Assembly (NCBI GenBank): GCA_964291235.2
Contig: OZ219816.1
Span: 736,001-800,000 of the forward strand
From: Vicinamibacteria bacterium
GTDB taxonomy: Bacteria > Acidobacteriota > Vicinamibacteria > Marinacidobacterales > Marinacidobacteraceae
Direction: 5' to 3'
DNA length: 64,000 nt
Part shown: piece by piece, positions 47,268 to 57,022 of the stretch
Position numbering within the stretch: position 1 is the first letter of the stretch
How the letters are laid out: every line of letters begins with the position of its first letter
Position numbers and translations under genes: made by a program
Notes under the pieces: model-generated
Seen by the model: only the letters and a program-made list of their open reading frames with translations
The model's database searches: none
What the model was told of the DNA's origin: nothing

Positions 47268-48743
47268 GTGAAACCCGCTACCGAAGGCCCGGTCCTCGTG
47301 ACCGGCGCGAGCGGTTATGTAGGCGGTCGCCTGGTACCGGCTTTGGAGGCTCGCGGCTTTCGGGTCCGGTGCCTGGCCCGCCGCCCCGAATTCCTCGAGG
47401 GCCGCTTCGCCCCGAACACCCGGATCGTCCGCGGCGATGTCCTGGACCCGGACTCCCTCTGTTCGGCCCTGGAGGGTGTCCACACCGCCTACTACCTCGT
47501 CCACTCCATGGGGGCCTCCGGCGACTTCGAAGAGCAGGATCGCCTAGGGGCGCGCAACTTTGCCCGCGCCGCGCGCCAGCGCGGAGTCCGGCGGGTCATC
47601 TATCTGGGCGGCCTCGGAGAACGCGCACTGTCATCGCATCTGGCGAGCCGTCAGGAAGTCGGTGAAGTCCTGGCGGCGGAGGGGCCGCCGGTCGTGGAGT
47701 TCCGGGCCTCCATCGTGATCGGTTCGGGTTCACTCTCCTTCGAGATGATCCGGGCGCTCGTCAACAAGCTGCCGGTGATGGTCACTCCGCGCTGGGTGCG
47801 GACGCGGACCCAGCCCATCGCCATCGAGGATGTGATCGCCTATCTGGTGCAGGGACAGGAGCTCGAAGCGGAAGCAACGGTCGTATTCGAAATCGGCGGC
47901 CCCGACCGGGTCAGCTACGGCGAGCTGATGCAGGAATATGCCCGGCAGATCGGCGTGCGCAGGCTGATGCTCCCGGCGCCGCTGCTCACCACCCGGCTCT
48001 CCAGCCTGTGGCTCGGGCTGGTCACGCCGCTGTACGCGCGGGTCGGCAGGAAGTTGATCGACAGCCTGCGCAATGAAACGGTAGTCCACCGTCCGAGCGC
48101 CCTGGCGCGGTTTCCCATCCAGCCCCTGAGCGTCCGGGAGGCCATCGCGCGCGCCCTTGAGCAGGAGGATCGGGAGATCGCGGCTACCCGCTGGAGCGAC
48201 GCCGTGTCCTCGAGCGGTAGCACCGGGCGGTGGGGCGGCGAGCGCTTCGGTTCGCGCCTCGTGGACCGCCAGCAGATCCTGGTGAGCGCCGGTCCCCGCG
48301 ACGCGTTCGCCCCGATACAGCGAATTGGCGGCCGTCAGGGCTGGTATTTCGCCACCTGGCTCTGGCGCCTGCGCGGCCTTGTCGATCTTCTTTTCGGGGG
48401 CGTGGGGATGCGGCGCGGACGCCGGCACCCGGTGGAGCTCAGGGCAGGGGATCCGCTCGACTTCTGGCGGGTCGAGGCATGGGAGGAGGACCGTCTGCTC
48501 CGCTTGCGGGCCGAGATGAAGGTGCCCGGAAGAGCCTGGTTGCAGTTCGAGGCGGAGCCGGTCGAGAGGGGCACCCGGATTACCCAGACCGCCGTCTTCG
48601 ATCCGCTGGGAGTGGGAGGGCTCGCTTACTGGTATGGGCTCTATCCCGCCCACTGGTTGATCTTCCGGCGCCTGCTGCGGGAGATTGGTGCACGTGCCAA
48701 CCGTTCCGCAGAGGCACGCGAACCGTTCACCCGGCTCGGTTGA
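47268..48743 (+). CDS. YbjT-like NAD(P)-binding protein with DUF2867
   Basis: VTGASGYVG, YYLVHSM, GDPLDFWRV, AEMKVPG.AWL. Confidence 0.9.
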   Translation: MKPATEGPVLVTGASGYVGGRLVPALEARGFRVRCLARRPEFLEGRFAPNTRIVRGDVLDPDSLCSALEGVHTAYYLVHSMGASGDFEEQDRLGARNFARAARQRGVRRVIYLGGLGERALSSHLASRQEVGEVLAAEGPPVVEFRASIVIGSGSLSFEMIRALVNKLPVMVTPRWVRTRTQPIAIEDVIAYLVQGQELEAEATVVFEIGGPDRVSYGELMQEYARQIGVRRLMLPAPLLTTRLSSLWLGLVTPLYARVGRKLIDSLRNETVVHRPSALARFPIQPLSVREAIARALEQEDREIAATRWSDAVSSSGSTGRWGGERFGSRLVDRQQILVSAGPRDAFAPIQRIGGRQGWYFATWLWRLRGLVDLLFGGVGMRRGRRHPVELRAGDPLDFWRVEAWEEDRLLRLRAEMKVPGRAWLQFEAEPVERGTRITQTAVFDPLGVGGLAYWYGLYPAHWLIFRRLLREIGARANRSAEAREPFTRLG

Positions 48744-48849
48744 ACGGCTGGCGCGCAGCGGAAATCAGCAGATTCCGAGCCGCCCGGTCCGGCTCCCGCT
48801 CCTCAGTGGCCGGGCGCCCGGAAGGTCCCGGGGCCCTTGCGCAGGCGGT

Positions 48850-50103
48850 TCAGACGACTATGAGCGGACGGAGGGCCTTCAGGCCGGTGAGCGCGCGTTC
48901 GACGTGCTCTGCGGTGTTGTAGAGATGCGGAGAGAGTCGGAAGCCGCCCGACGTCGAGCCGGCGACGCCGTGCTCCTCGTACATCCGGGAGAACACCTCC
49001 CGCCGGGACTCGGCGGGAACTTCGACGATGACCACGCCCGCCGAGAGTGCGTCTGCCATCGGGGTCACCAGCGGAATGCCCATTTCGGCGATTCCCTGTT
49101 TGAGGCGCCGAGCCAGATCCATCATCCGGTTCTCCACCTTGTCCGGGCCGATCTCCTCGTGAAATTCCGCGGTGGTGCCCATGGCGGCCAGGCACGCGTC
49201 GTCACGCTGTCCCATGGACTCGAACTTCCGCGCACCGGTCGGATCGGGATCGGCGTCGCCGCCCCACCCCGGGGCGACCACCGAGGGCCAAAGGCGCGGG
49301 ATGATTTCCGAACGGACCACCAGCACGCCGCATTCCTTGGGGCCGCAGAACCACTTGTGGGAACTGCTGGCGAAGGTGTCCGCGCCGATGGCGGGCACGT
49401 CCACGGATAGCCCGCCGAAACTCTGGGCTCCGTCCACATGGACGTGGATTCCCCGTTCGTGGGCGGCATCGGCGATCCGGCGCACCGGCAGGTGGATCCC
49501 GGACACGTTCGAGACGTGCGTGATGGCGACCACCTTGGTGTCGGCGCTGAAGGCATCGATGAACGGGGCGGCGAGGTCGTTCTCGTCCGCGGGAGCCTTC
49601 GGGACCGAAACCCGCCGTACCGAGAAGCCGTAGCGGGCGGCGCGTACGTCCCAGGCCACGTTGTTGGTGGGATGGTTCTGATCCCACAGGACGACTTCGT
49701 CGCCCGCCGCGAGGGGAACTCCGGCGTTGACGATGTTGTTGGCCTCGCTGGTGTTGCGGACGAGCGCCAACTCGTCGCCCGATACTCCGAGCTGCGCCGC
49801 CACCCGCCGGCGCGAGGACTCCAGCAGGTCCCCGAACTTGCCGCGGTTCTGGAACGAACAGTCGTGGTCGATGTCGCGAGTCAGTTCGTTCACCCGGTCG
49901 GCCACCGACCGGGGCGAGGGGCACAGGTTCGCGGCGTTCATCGGCACCTTGTCTTCTTCGAACGGGAACTCCCACCGCACCATGCGGAACAGGGTCTCGT
50001 CGTCGGCGGCAGCGGCCCGGACGACCGGGAAGGCAGCGGGCGTCACCGCGGCGGTACGCAGGAATGCGCGCCGGGTTACGGCATTCGCGAGGGACTTCGT
50101 CAT
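48850..50103 (-). CDS. Tat-exported class V PLP-dependent aminotransferase
   Basis: TRRAFL signal; RNTSEA, VDGAQ, SSHKW. Confidence 0.9.
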   Translation of the reverse strand: MTKSLANAVTRRAFLRTAAVTPAAFPVVRAAAADDETLFRMVRWEFPFEEDKVPMNAANLCPSPRSVADRVNELTRDIDHDCSFQNRGKFGDLLESSRRRVAAQLGVSGDELALVRNTSEANNIVNAGVPLAAGDEVVLWDQNHPTNNVAWDVRAARYGFSVRRVSVPKAPADENDLAAPFIDAFSADTKVVAITHVSNVSGIHLPVRRIADAAHERGIHVHVDGAQSFGGLSVDVPAIGADTFASSSHKWFCGPKECGVLVVRSEIIPRLWPSVVAPGWGGDADPDPTGARKFESMGQRDDACLAAMGTTAEFHEEIGPDKVENRMMDLARRLKQGIAEMGIPLVTPMADALSAGVVIVEVPAESRREVFSRMYEEHGVAGSTSGGFRLSPHLYNTAEHVERALTGLKALRPLIVV

Positions 50104-50128
50104 GGCGGGCGCCTCCGGATTTCGGAGT

Positions 50129-51316
50129 CTATCGGGTTGCCGGAACGCCCGGCGCCCCGGACTCCGTAGCGCCCCGGGCGCTTCCCCGGCTGATGATTCT
50201 GCGGAAGAGGATGGGGCAGGTAATCGAGGTGGCTGCCGCGATCATCACCGCGATGGCCCGATCCTCGCGGTCCAGGAGTCCGAGTTCCAGACCGACGGTG
50301 GCGACCGCGATGACGATGCTGAGCCGAGCCGACAACAGAAATCCGGTGGCTGCCGCCGCCCGCAGGGAGAAGCCCCAGAACATGAAGAGCAGGGAGGGCA
50401 CGAACTTGACGACAAAGGCCACCCCGATGATGACCCCGGCGCGCGCCAGCACCTCCGGATCGAGCAGCGCCTCCACATCGAAGCGGAGCCCCACGTTGAT
50501 GAAGAAGATGGGAATCAGGAACCCCCAGGAAATCCCCGAGAGTTGGTGCCGGAGGCCCTCGGGCGGATGGAAGAGCAACGCGAAGACGCCCCCCGCGAGG
50601 AAGGCCGCGAGGATCGGCTCCACGTCGAGAACGGTCGAGAGTCCGACAAAGATGAGCAGGAGGGCGAGCGCCCCGCGGATTCCCATCTCATCGGGATCGT
50701 CCTTCCGGAACAGCCGGGACACCCGAAGGGGATGCCACCACAGCACGAGTTTCATCACCCGGAGCAAGAGCACCACCGCGACCAGCAGGAGGGGGCCGTT
50801 GATCAGCTCGATGCCCCACCCGTCGCGCGCCCAGATGGTGATTTCGGCGACGAGCAGCAGGGTCACCAGGTCCGCGATCACCGCGGAGACCAGAATCGCC
50901 TGGCCGAGGCTCTCGGTGGTGATGCCGGCGCTTCTCAGGCTCGGGAGGACGAGCGCCGCGGAGGTGGTGGCGAGCACCGGGGCGTAGAAGACCGGCAACT
51001 CCAGCCAGACGGTGGCCAGAAAAGAAAGGGCGAAGGTGCCGGAGAAGACGATGAGCGCTTGCCCGATCGGCCCGGCTCCGCCTCGTCGAAGGGCGGGGAA
51101 GTCGATTTCGAAGCCGGCGAGGAACATCAGCATGAGGAGCCCGAGTTCGCCGATCTGGTCCAGCAACTCGGTCCCCCCGACCAGCCCGAAAACGGGTCCG
51201 ACCAGCACCCCGAAGAGGATCTCGACGACCACCGCGGGGGCGCGCGCCCAGGAGGCGATCGGGGGAAGCAGAAAGGCGGCGATCCCCACGATCACCAGCG
51301 CGCCGGATCCGTCCAT
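50129..51316 (-). CDS. CPA2 cation:proton antiporter
   Basis: Multi-TM; LMFLAGFEID, FLIPIFFINVGL. Confidence 0.85.
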   Translation of the reverse strand: MDGSGALVIVGIAAFLLPPIASWARAPAVVVEILFGVLVGPVFGLVGGTELLDQIGELGLLMLMFLAGFEIDFPALRRGGAGPIGQALIVFSGTFALSFLATVWLELPVFYAPVLATTSAALVLPSLRSAGITTESLGQAILVSAVIADLVTLLLVAEITIWARDGWGIELINGPLLLVAVVLLLRVMKLVLWWHPLRVSRLFRKDDPDEMGIRGALALLLIFVGLSTVLDVEPILAAFLAGGVFALLFHPPEGLRHQLSGISWGFLIPIFFINVGLRFDVEALLDPEVLARAGVIIGVAFVVKFVPSLLFMFWGFSLRAAAATGFLLSARLSIVIAVATVGLELGLLDREDRAIAVMIAAATSITCPILFRRIISRGSARGATESGAPGVPATR

Positions 51317-52605
51317 CAGGCCTCCGCCCCGAGCACCGCGGCCACCGCGAGCGCCAGCGCCGCGGTAGCCCGCACCAGCTCCTCCACCGGGCAGTGCTCA
51401 TCCGGCCGGTGGGCCAGTTCCAGGATTCCCGGGCCGTAGGCCACGCAGTCGGGAACTCCGGCGATCCGCGCCACGTGCTTGTGGTCATAGGTGCCGGGGC
51501 TCGCCACTTCCTCGACTTCCGCTCCGAGGGCGTGCCGCACCCCGTAGCGCACCGCTGCGGTGGCCAGCGATCCGGCCGGCGTCTGTACCGGTTCGACCGT
51601 GAGCAGCTCCTCGATCCGGTAGCGCCGGCCCGGTTCCCGGCCAGCACACTCCGCGACTCGGCGGGCCACCTCCTCGCGAACCCCGTCGAGTCCTTCTTCG
51701 GGCAGAAACCGGCGGTCCACCACGAGTTCGGCCCGGTCGGGAACCTGCGGGCTTTCGGTTCCGGCGCCTGCCTGCCCTCCGCGGATGCTGTTCACGTTCA
51801 CGGTCGCGGCCCGCGCCCCCTCGGGAACGACCGGAAGCGAGGTCCGCCGGGCGGCCAGTTCCGGAACCCATCCGGTACGGATGTCTTCGAGGAGCGGTGC
51901 GAGATGGGTAATGGCGTTCCTTCCGAGGAACGGCATGCTGCCGTGGGCGACCTCCCCCTCGGAGACCACCCGGAACCAGTACACCCCGCGGTGTCCCACG
52001 CACACCCGTCCCGACCCGAACGGCTCGGGAATGATCACCGCATCCGTGTCTCCCGCGATGAGGCCGGACTCCGCCAGCCACGCGACGCCGGCGTGCCCAC
52101 CGGTTTCCTCGTCCACGGTCCCCGAGATTTCGAGCGTTCCTCCCAACCGGGCGCCCGCGCGCCGGAGAACTTCCGCCGCGAAGAACGCCGCCGCGATGCC
52201 TCCTTTCATATCGCTTGCACCGCGGCCCCAAACCGCCCCGTTCCGCACCTCCCCTGAAAACGGATCGGTGCTCCAACCGCTGCCTGCCGGGACCACGTCG
52301 AGGTGCCCGTTCAGGTGGATCCGTCGGCGGCCGCTGCCGAGCCGACCGATGACGTTTCGCCGCGGATATGCGGCCGAGCCCGGTGGACAGGCCTTCTCCG
52401 GAGGATCGTGGAAGGCCACTTCGAAACCGGCGGCGGCGAGCCGCTCACCAAGCAGGGCCGCGCATTCCGGATAGCTCTCGCCGGGAGGATTGACGGTGGG
52501 AATCCGGATCAATTCACCGCAAAAGGCGGCGATTTCCTCCCGGGCCGCTTCCGCGTGGCGCAGGATTTTCGCTTTGAGGCCGGAGACGATCGGGTGGAGC
52601 GGCAT
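51316..52605 (-). CDS. ArgE/DapE-family M20 deacylase
   Basis: NGHLDVVP, GRGASDMKGG, DEETGG, AHGS, AHRPDE. Confidence 0.9.
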   Translation of the reverse strand: MPLHPIVSGLKAKILRHAEAAREEIAAFCGELIRIPTVNPPGESYPECAALLGERLAAAGFEVAFHDPPEKACPPGSAAYPRRNVIGRLGSGRRRIHLNGHLDVVPAGSGWSTDPFSGEVRNGAVWGRGASDMKGGIAAAFFAAEVLRRAGARLGGTLEISGTVDEETGGHAGVAWLAESGLIAGDTDAVIIPEPFGSGRVCVGHRGVYWFRVVSEGEVAHGSMPFLGRNAITHLAPLLEDIRTGWVPELAARRTSLPVVPEGARAATVNVNSIRGGQAGAGTESPQVPDRAELVVDRRFLPEEGLDGVREEVARRVAECAGREPGRRYRIEELLTVEPVQTPAGSLATAAVRYGVRHALGAEVEEVASPGTYDHKHVARIAGVPDCVAYGPGILELAHRPDEHCPVEELVRATAALALAVAAVLGAEA

Positions 52606-52652
52606 CGAAACCGAGGATACCGCCCCGGCCCCGGCCAGCGGTTTGAAGGGAC

Positions 52653-52860
52653 TTGACTTGCGCCCTATGCTTCGATATTATTGGAACTATAGAAATGATG
52701 ACTCACCATCCCCCGCGAAACGACTCCGAGACGGCGGGCACGCCTGCCGGCGATCGCCGCCGGCCGGCGCCCAACGGTTCGTTCCATCGCGGAGAGTGGG
52801 AGATGAGGGGACTCGTCGATTGTTGCCGCCAGGGGCCTTCCCGGGTGGTTGCCCAACCGA
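52653..52860 (+). pseudogene. Decayed arsR copy 1 with retained promoter/operator
   Basis: TTGACT-N17-TATTAT and TTCGATATTATTGGAA as in copy 3; ATA in place of ATG; PAPNGSFH..EMRGLVDCCRQG aligns to PAPTCSFH..KKGGLLSCCRHG. Confidence 0.6.
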
Positions 52861-53034
52861 CGACTTTGATGAGCATGGGAAGCCGGGGGCGGATGGGCCG
52901 CCCCTGGCGGCGATGCCTCGAGACCGCCCATCGGCCACCGGTTCGCTCGCCGAATCGAGGAACCGGATCACCGCTGCCAGGACGCCCCGAAATAGGGGTT
53001 GACTTTGTTCTTTCATTTCAACAATACTGGAAGT

Positions 53035-53484
53035 ATGGAAATGACAGTTGACTATTCCACGAACGAAGCTCTGGAGATGCTCTGCGCACTCTCCCAGGAA
53101 AGTCGCCTCGACATCTTTCGCCTGTTGGTCCAGAGCGGCCCGGAGGGACTTCCTGCCGGCGCGATCGCCAGGCGCTGCAATCTCCCGGCGCCCACCTGCT
53201 CCTTCCACCTGAAGGAACTGAAGAAGGGCGGGCTGCTCAGTTGCTGCCGGCACGGGAGATCCCAGATCTATACGGTCAACGTCCGCGCAATGCGCGGGTT
53301 GGTCGGGTACCTGACGGAGCACTGCTGCGTTGACGAGGACTGCGAGCACGAGATCCCGAACGGATCGGCCCCTTCGCTGGTCGATCGGGACGTAGGTCCG
53401 GAGGCGGATTCGCCGCCTCCGGTGGGGCGGATGGATTCCTCCCCGTTGCCACCTGGAGGCGCCAGCGGTTCGGCGCGCGCCTAA
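53035..53484 (+). CDS. arsR: ArsR/SmtB regulator with C-terminal CC...C (copy 2)
   Basis: ALSQESRLDIFRLLV, SFHLKEL, YLTEHCC. Confidence 0.9.
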   Translation: MEMTVDYSTNEALEMLCALSQESRLDIFRLLVQSGPEGLPAGAIARRCNLPAPTCSFHLKELKKGGLLSCCRHGRSQIYTVNVRAMRGLVGYLTEHCCVDEDCEHEIPNGSAPSLVDRDVGPEADSPPPVGRMDSSPLPPGGASGSARA

Positions 53485-53531
53485 GAGCCGCACCGAGAGT
53501 TCCCCGGGAGACAGAAACAGCTGCCGGACAG

Positions 53532-53567
53532 TTGACTTTTCTCTATTAGTTCGATATTATTGGAAAT
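53532..53567 (+). promoter_or_regulatory. Sigma70 promoter with overlapping ArsR-type operator, leaderless
   Basis: TTGACT 53532-53537, 17 bp, TATTAT 53555-53560, ATG 7 nt later; imperfect palindrome TTCGATATTATTGGAA. Confidence 0.75.
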
Positions 53568-53918
53568 ATGGAAACGACAACCCCCGCCGCCACGACGAAT
53601 GCCCTGGAGGTGCTGTGTGCACTCTCCCAGGAAAGCCGGCTCGACATTTTCCGCCTGCTGGTCCAGAGTGGGCCGGGCGGACTTCCCGCCGGGGCGATTG
53701 CCCGGCAGTGCAATCTCCCGGCGCCGACCTGTTCGTTCCACCTGAAGGAGCTGAAGAAGGGCGGGCTGCTCAGTTGCTGCCGGCACGGAAGGTCTCAGAT
53801 CTACACGGTCAACTTCCGGGCGATCCGAGGACTTCTCGGTTACTTGACGGAGCATTGCTGCGTCGAGGACGACTGCGAGCACGAGACACCGAATGGCGCT
53901 GGCCGGACGGGATCGTGA
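53568..53918 (+). CDS. arsR: ArsR/SmtB regulator (copy 3), near-identical to copy 2
   Basis: Same motifs as copy 2; ends HCCVEDDC. Confidence 0.9.
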   Translation: METTTPAATTNALEVLCALSQESRLDIFRLLVQSGPGGLPAGAIARQCNLPAPTCSFHLKELKKGGLLSCCRHGRSQIYTVNFRAIRGLLGYLTEHCCVEDDCEHETPNGAGRTGS

Positions 53919-54077
53919 GGACGCGGTTGGTTTTGATTTTCGCGACGGGCTCCGCTGGGGGTGGATTCAGTTGGTGGACAAGGGGCCGGGGGCGGATAGG
54001 CCGCTCTCGGCGCGGGTGCGAATGAATGGGGAATGCGAGTTCGGCAAGGCCGAAGATGGACTACTGAAGGTGGAATC

Positions 54078-54407
54078 ATGGAAACAGGAACGTATCGCCA
54101 CGTGGAAGCGCCGACCTCGGGATCGGCCGATGGCTGTTGGATGGACGCGCTGACGGAACCCGGCGGGGCCGGAGTGGCCGGGCCATTCGCCCCGGGCCGT
54201 TCGCCCCGGTCCGTCCGCGCGCACGATTTGAGGAGCGCCGGAGACGCGTCCTGCTGCGGGTACGGCAGTTCCCGGCCTGCCTCTCCCTATTCCCGGCTCT
54301 TGCGTGCCCTGGCGAGGCAGCGCACGCGGCATTGCCGTTGCCTCGCGGGAAACCACCATGCGGGAGCCGTTCATGAGTCTTGGCAGCCGGTGGTGAAGCC
54401 CGGGTGA
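54078..54407 (+). pseudogene. Highly diverged arsR copy 4
   Basis: Ungapped match of HDLRSAGDASCCGYGSSRPASPYSRLLRALARQRTRHC to KELKKGGLLSCCRHGRSQIYTVNFRAIRGLLGYLTEHC; starts MET as copy 3. Confidence 0.5.
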
Positions 54408-54535
54408 GCGCCGAGAGCCGCCAGCCGAGGTGACCCTCCGGACGGCCCACAGGGTGCGAACCGGCGGCGTCCCCGCCGGCAGGGCGGCGGACGGCGGCCT
54501 CGGTCCGGGGGACGCGACATAGAATCGAATCCGTT

Positions 54536-55654
54536 CTGTTCATTCGCCCAGCCTCGGTCCTCGCGGCGCTCCTCGCCCTCGGGATCGCCGTTCCCAATGG
54601 GGTTTCTTCCGGGACGCCCGAACGCCAGCCGGGTGCTGCGCCTGCGGAGGATCCCGGGTTGGTCGCCGTTGGTGGCATCGAAGTCGGCCACCACGAGCTG
54701 GACGGCCTGCCCACCGGCTGCACCGTCGTGCTGGCCCGCGAGGGCGCGGTCGCCGGAGTGGACGTGCGGGGTTCCGCCCCCGGGACCCGGGAGACCGACC
54801 TGCTCGATCCGGAGAACACCGTGGAACGCGTCCACGCGGTGGTGCTTTCCGGCGGCAGCGCCTTCGGGCTGGCGGCGGCCGATGGAACCGTGCGCTATCT
54901 CGAAGAGGCCGGGATCGGTTATCCGGTAGGCCCCTTCCGGGTGCCCATCGTGCCGGCGGCCATCCTCTTCGATCTCGGAGTCCAGGGCCCGGGCGCTGTC
55001 CGTCCGGGTCCCGAGTGCGGCTACCGGGCGGCGGCCGTGGCGGGGATCCACCCCGTCCGCCGGGGCAACGCCGGCGCCGGAGCGGGGGCCACGGTCGGGA
55101 AGAGCCGGGGGTCCGGCCGGGCCATGAAGGGAGGCGTCGGGTCCGCCTCGCTACGCTTTTCCGACGGGCTGGTGGTGGCGGCGCTCATCGTGGTGAACGC
55201 GGTGGGGGACGTGGTGGACCCCGCGAGCGGACGCGTGGTCGCCGGGGTGCGCGGTGACGACGGGAACCTCGCCGACGCCCGGCGGTTGCTCCTCGAGGAG
55301 CCGCCCGGTCCGGCCGGCGCCGCGGCGGACGCCCCCCTCGGCGGTGCGAACACCACGATTGGAGTGGTGGCCGTGAACGCCCCGCTCACCAAGGCGGAAG
55401 CGAACAAGGTGGCCGAGATGGCGCATGACGGTTTGGCGCGCACCATTTACCCGGTCCACACCCCAGCCGATGGGGACACCCTGTTCGCGCTCGCGACCGG
55501 CGTCGGTCCTCAGGCCCGAGTCGGCCGGATCGGAGCGCTTGCCGCCGAGGCGGTGGCGCGGGCGGTGCTGGATGCGGTGCGCTCAGCCGAGTCGCTCCCC
55601 GGGCTGCCAGCGATTCGGGATCTGCCCGAGCCCCCGCTGCCGCGGGAGCGCTAA
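54536..55654 (+). CDS. DmpA/P1 (S58) family peptidase; start uncertain
   Basis: VGH, TGCTV, RGSAPGTRETDLL, GGSAFGL, NTTIG, HT..DGDT; in-frame signal-like segment upstream of TTG 54659. Confidence 0.85.
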   Translation: MFIRPASVLAALLALGIAVPNGVSSGTPERQPGAAPAEDPGLVAVGGIEVGHHELDGLPTGCTVVLAREGAVAGVDVRGSAPGTRETDLLDPENTVERVHAVVLSGGSAFGLAAADGTVRYLEEAGIGYPVGPFRVPIVPAAILFDLGVQGPGAVRPGPECGYRAAAVAGIHPVRRGNAGAGAGATVGKSRGSGRAMKGGVGSASLRFSDGLVVAALIVVNAVGDVVDPASGRVVAGVRGDDGNLADARRLLLEEPPGPAGAAADAPLGGANTTIGVVAVNAPLTKAEANKVAEMAHDGLARTIYPVHTPADGDTLFALATGVGPQARVGRIGALAAEAVARAVLDAVRSAESLPGLPAIRDLPEPPLPRER

Positions 55655-55660
55655 GCGGGC

Positions 55661-57022
55661 GTGTCCCTGCATCTTGTTGTCCTCGCCGCCTATTCCATCC
55701 TGCTGATCGCGGTCGGCTGGCACGTTTCCCGCCGGAGTCGCTCCGCCGAGGGATTCTTTGTGGCTGGCCGCCGGCTGCCGCCGAGGCTGATCTTCGCGAC
55801 GGTGCTGGCCGCCAACATCGGGGCGGGATCCACCATCGGGGCGGCGGCGCTCGGATACGAACACGGGCTGGCGGCGTTTTGGTGGGTGGGAGCCGCCGGC
55901 GTCGGGACCCTGCTCCTGGCGGTCTGGCTGGGGCCCCGGATGTGGCGGGTGTCGACCGACGCCCGTCTCCGCACCGTCGGGGATTTCCTGGAGCTGCGCT
56001 ACGGCGTAGCGGTCCGGATTGCGCTGACCGGGCTGCTCCTGGTGGCCACCCTCTTCGTCCTCGCCGCCCAGTTGCTCGCTGCCGGTGTCCTGATCGAGGG
56101 GGCCGCGGGTATTCCGCTACCGCTCGCCATCCTCGCCTCGGCGCTGGTGATGACGGCCTACTTCGCGGTCGGGGGTCTCCAAAGCGCCGCATCCGTCAAC
56201 TTCATCCAGCTCGGCGTGCTGCTTCTGGGTCTCGGACTCGCGGTGCCATACGCCCTTGCCGCGGCCGGTGGCGTGGACGGGGTCCGGGCGAGCCTGGGGG
56301 AAGGCGCTCTCGACATCTTCTCGAGCGCGTCGCTGGCGTTCGCCTACACCGCGCTGCTGGTGCCGGCCTTCCTGGTCTCTCCCGGCATCCTGCAAAAGCT
56401 GTTCGGGGCACGGGACGAGAGCGCCGTCCGGCGTGGACTCACCGCCGCTGGCGTTGCGCTCCTGCTTTTCGCGGCGGTTCCGCCGCTCCTCGGCGCCGCG
56501 GCGGCGGTCCTCCATCCCGACCTCGCCCGTCCCGATGCCGCCCTTCCGGCGCTGCTGGTGGAGTCGCTCCCCCTGTGGCTCGGTGCCTTCGGGGTGGCGG
56601 CGCTCTTTTCGGCCGAGGTGTCGAGCGCCGACGCGGTGCTCTTCATGCTGTCCACCTCGCTCTCCCGCGACGTTTTTCATCGCTTTTGGCGGCCAGGAGC
56701 CGACGATCGCACCGTCCTTCGGGTAGCACGCGGCGCAGCGGTGGCCTCCGGGTTGGTCGGGGTCGTGATCGCGATCCTGGCCCAGAGCGTGATCGCTTCG
56801 CTCACCGTCTTCTACTCGATCCTGGGCGTGTCCCTCTTCGTGCCGGTGGTGGTCGGCCTCCACCGCCACCGGCCTCCGGCGCGCGCCATCCTGAGCGGCG
56901 CGGCGGTCGGGGTGGCCGTGTTCCTCGTGGCTCCTGCCGGTGGCGCCCTGCCGCCGCCCCTGCTCGGGATTGCCGCCTCCGCGGTGGTGGTGTTCTTGCA
57001 CCTCAGGAAGTCGCGGGCGTGA
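55661..57022 (+). CDS. Sodium:solute symporter
   Basis: FFVAGR, AANIGAG, GGLQS, SSADAVL. Confidence 0.9.
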   Translation: MSLHLVVLAAYSILLIAVGWHVSRRSRSAEGFFVAGRRLPPRLIFATVLAANIGAGSTIGAAALGYEHGLAAFWWVGAAGVGTLLLAVWLGPRMWRVSTDARLRTVGDFLELRYGVAVRIALTGLLLVATLFVLAAQLLAAGVLIEGAAGIPLPLAILASALVMTAYFAVGGLQSAASVNFIQLGVLLLGLGLAVPYALAAAGGVDGVRASLGEGALDIFSSASLAFAYTALLVPAFLVSPGILQKLFGARDESAVRRGLTAAGVALLLFAAVPPLLGAAAAVLHPDLARPDAALPALLVESLPLWLGAFGVAALFSAEVSSADAVLFMLSTSLSRDVFHRFWRPGADDRTVLRVARGAAVASGLVGVVIAILAQSVIASLTVFYSILGVSLFVPVVVGLHRHRPPARAILSGAAVGVAVFLVAPAGGALPPPLLGIAASAVVVFLHLRKSRA

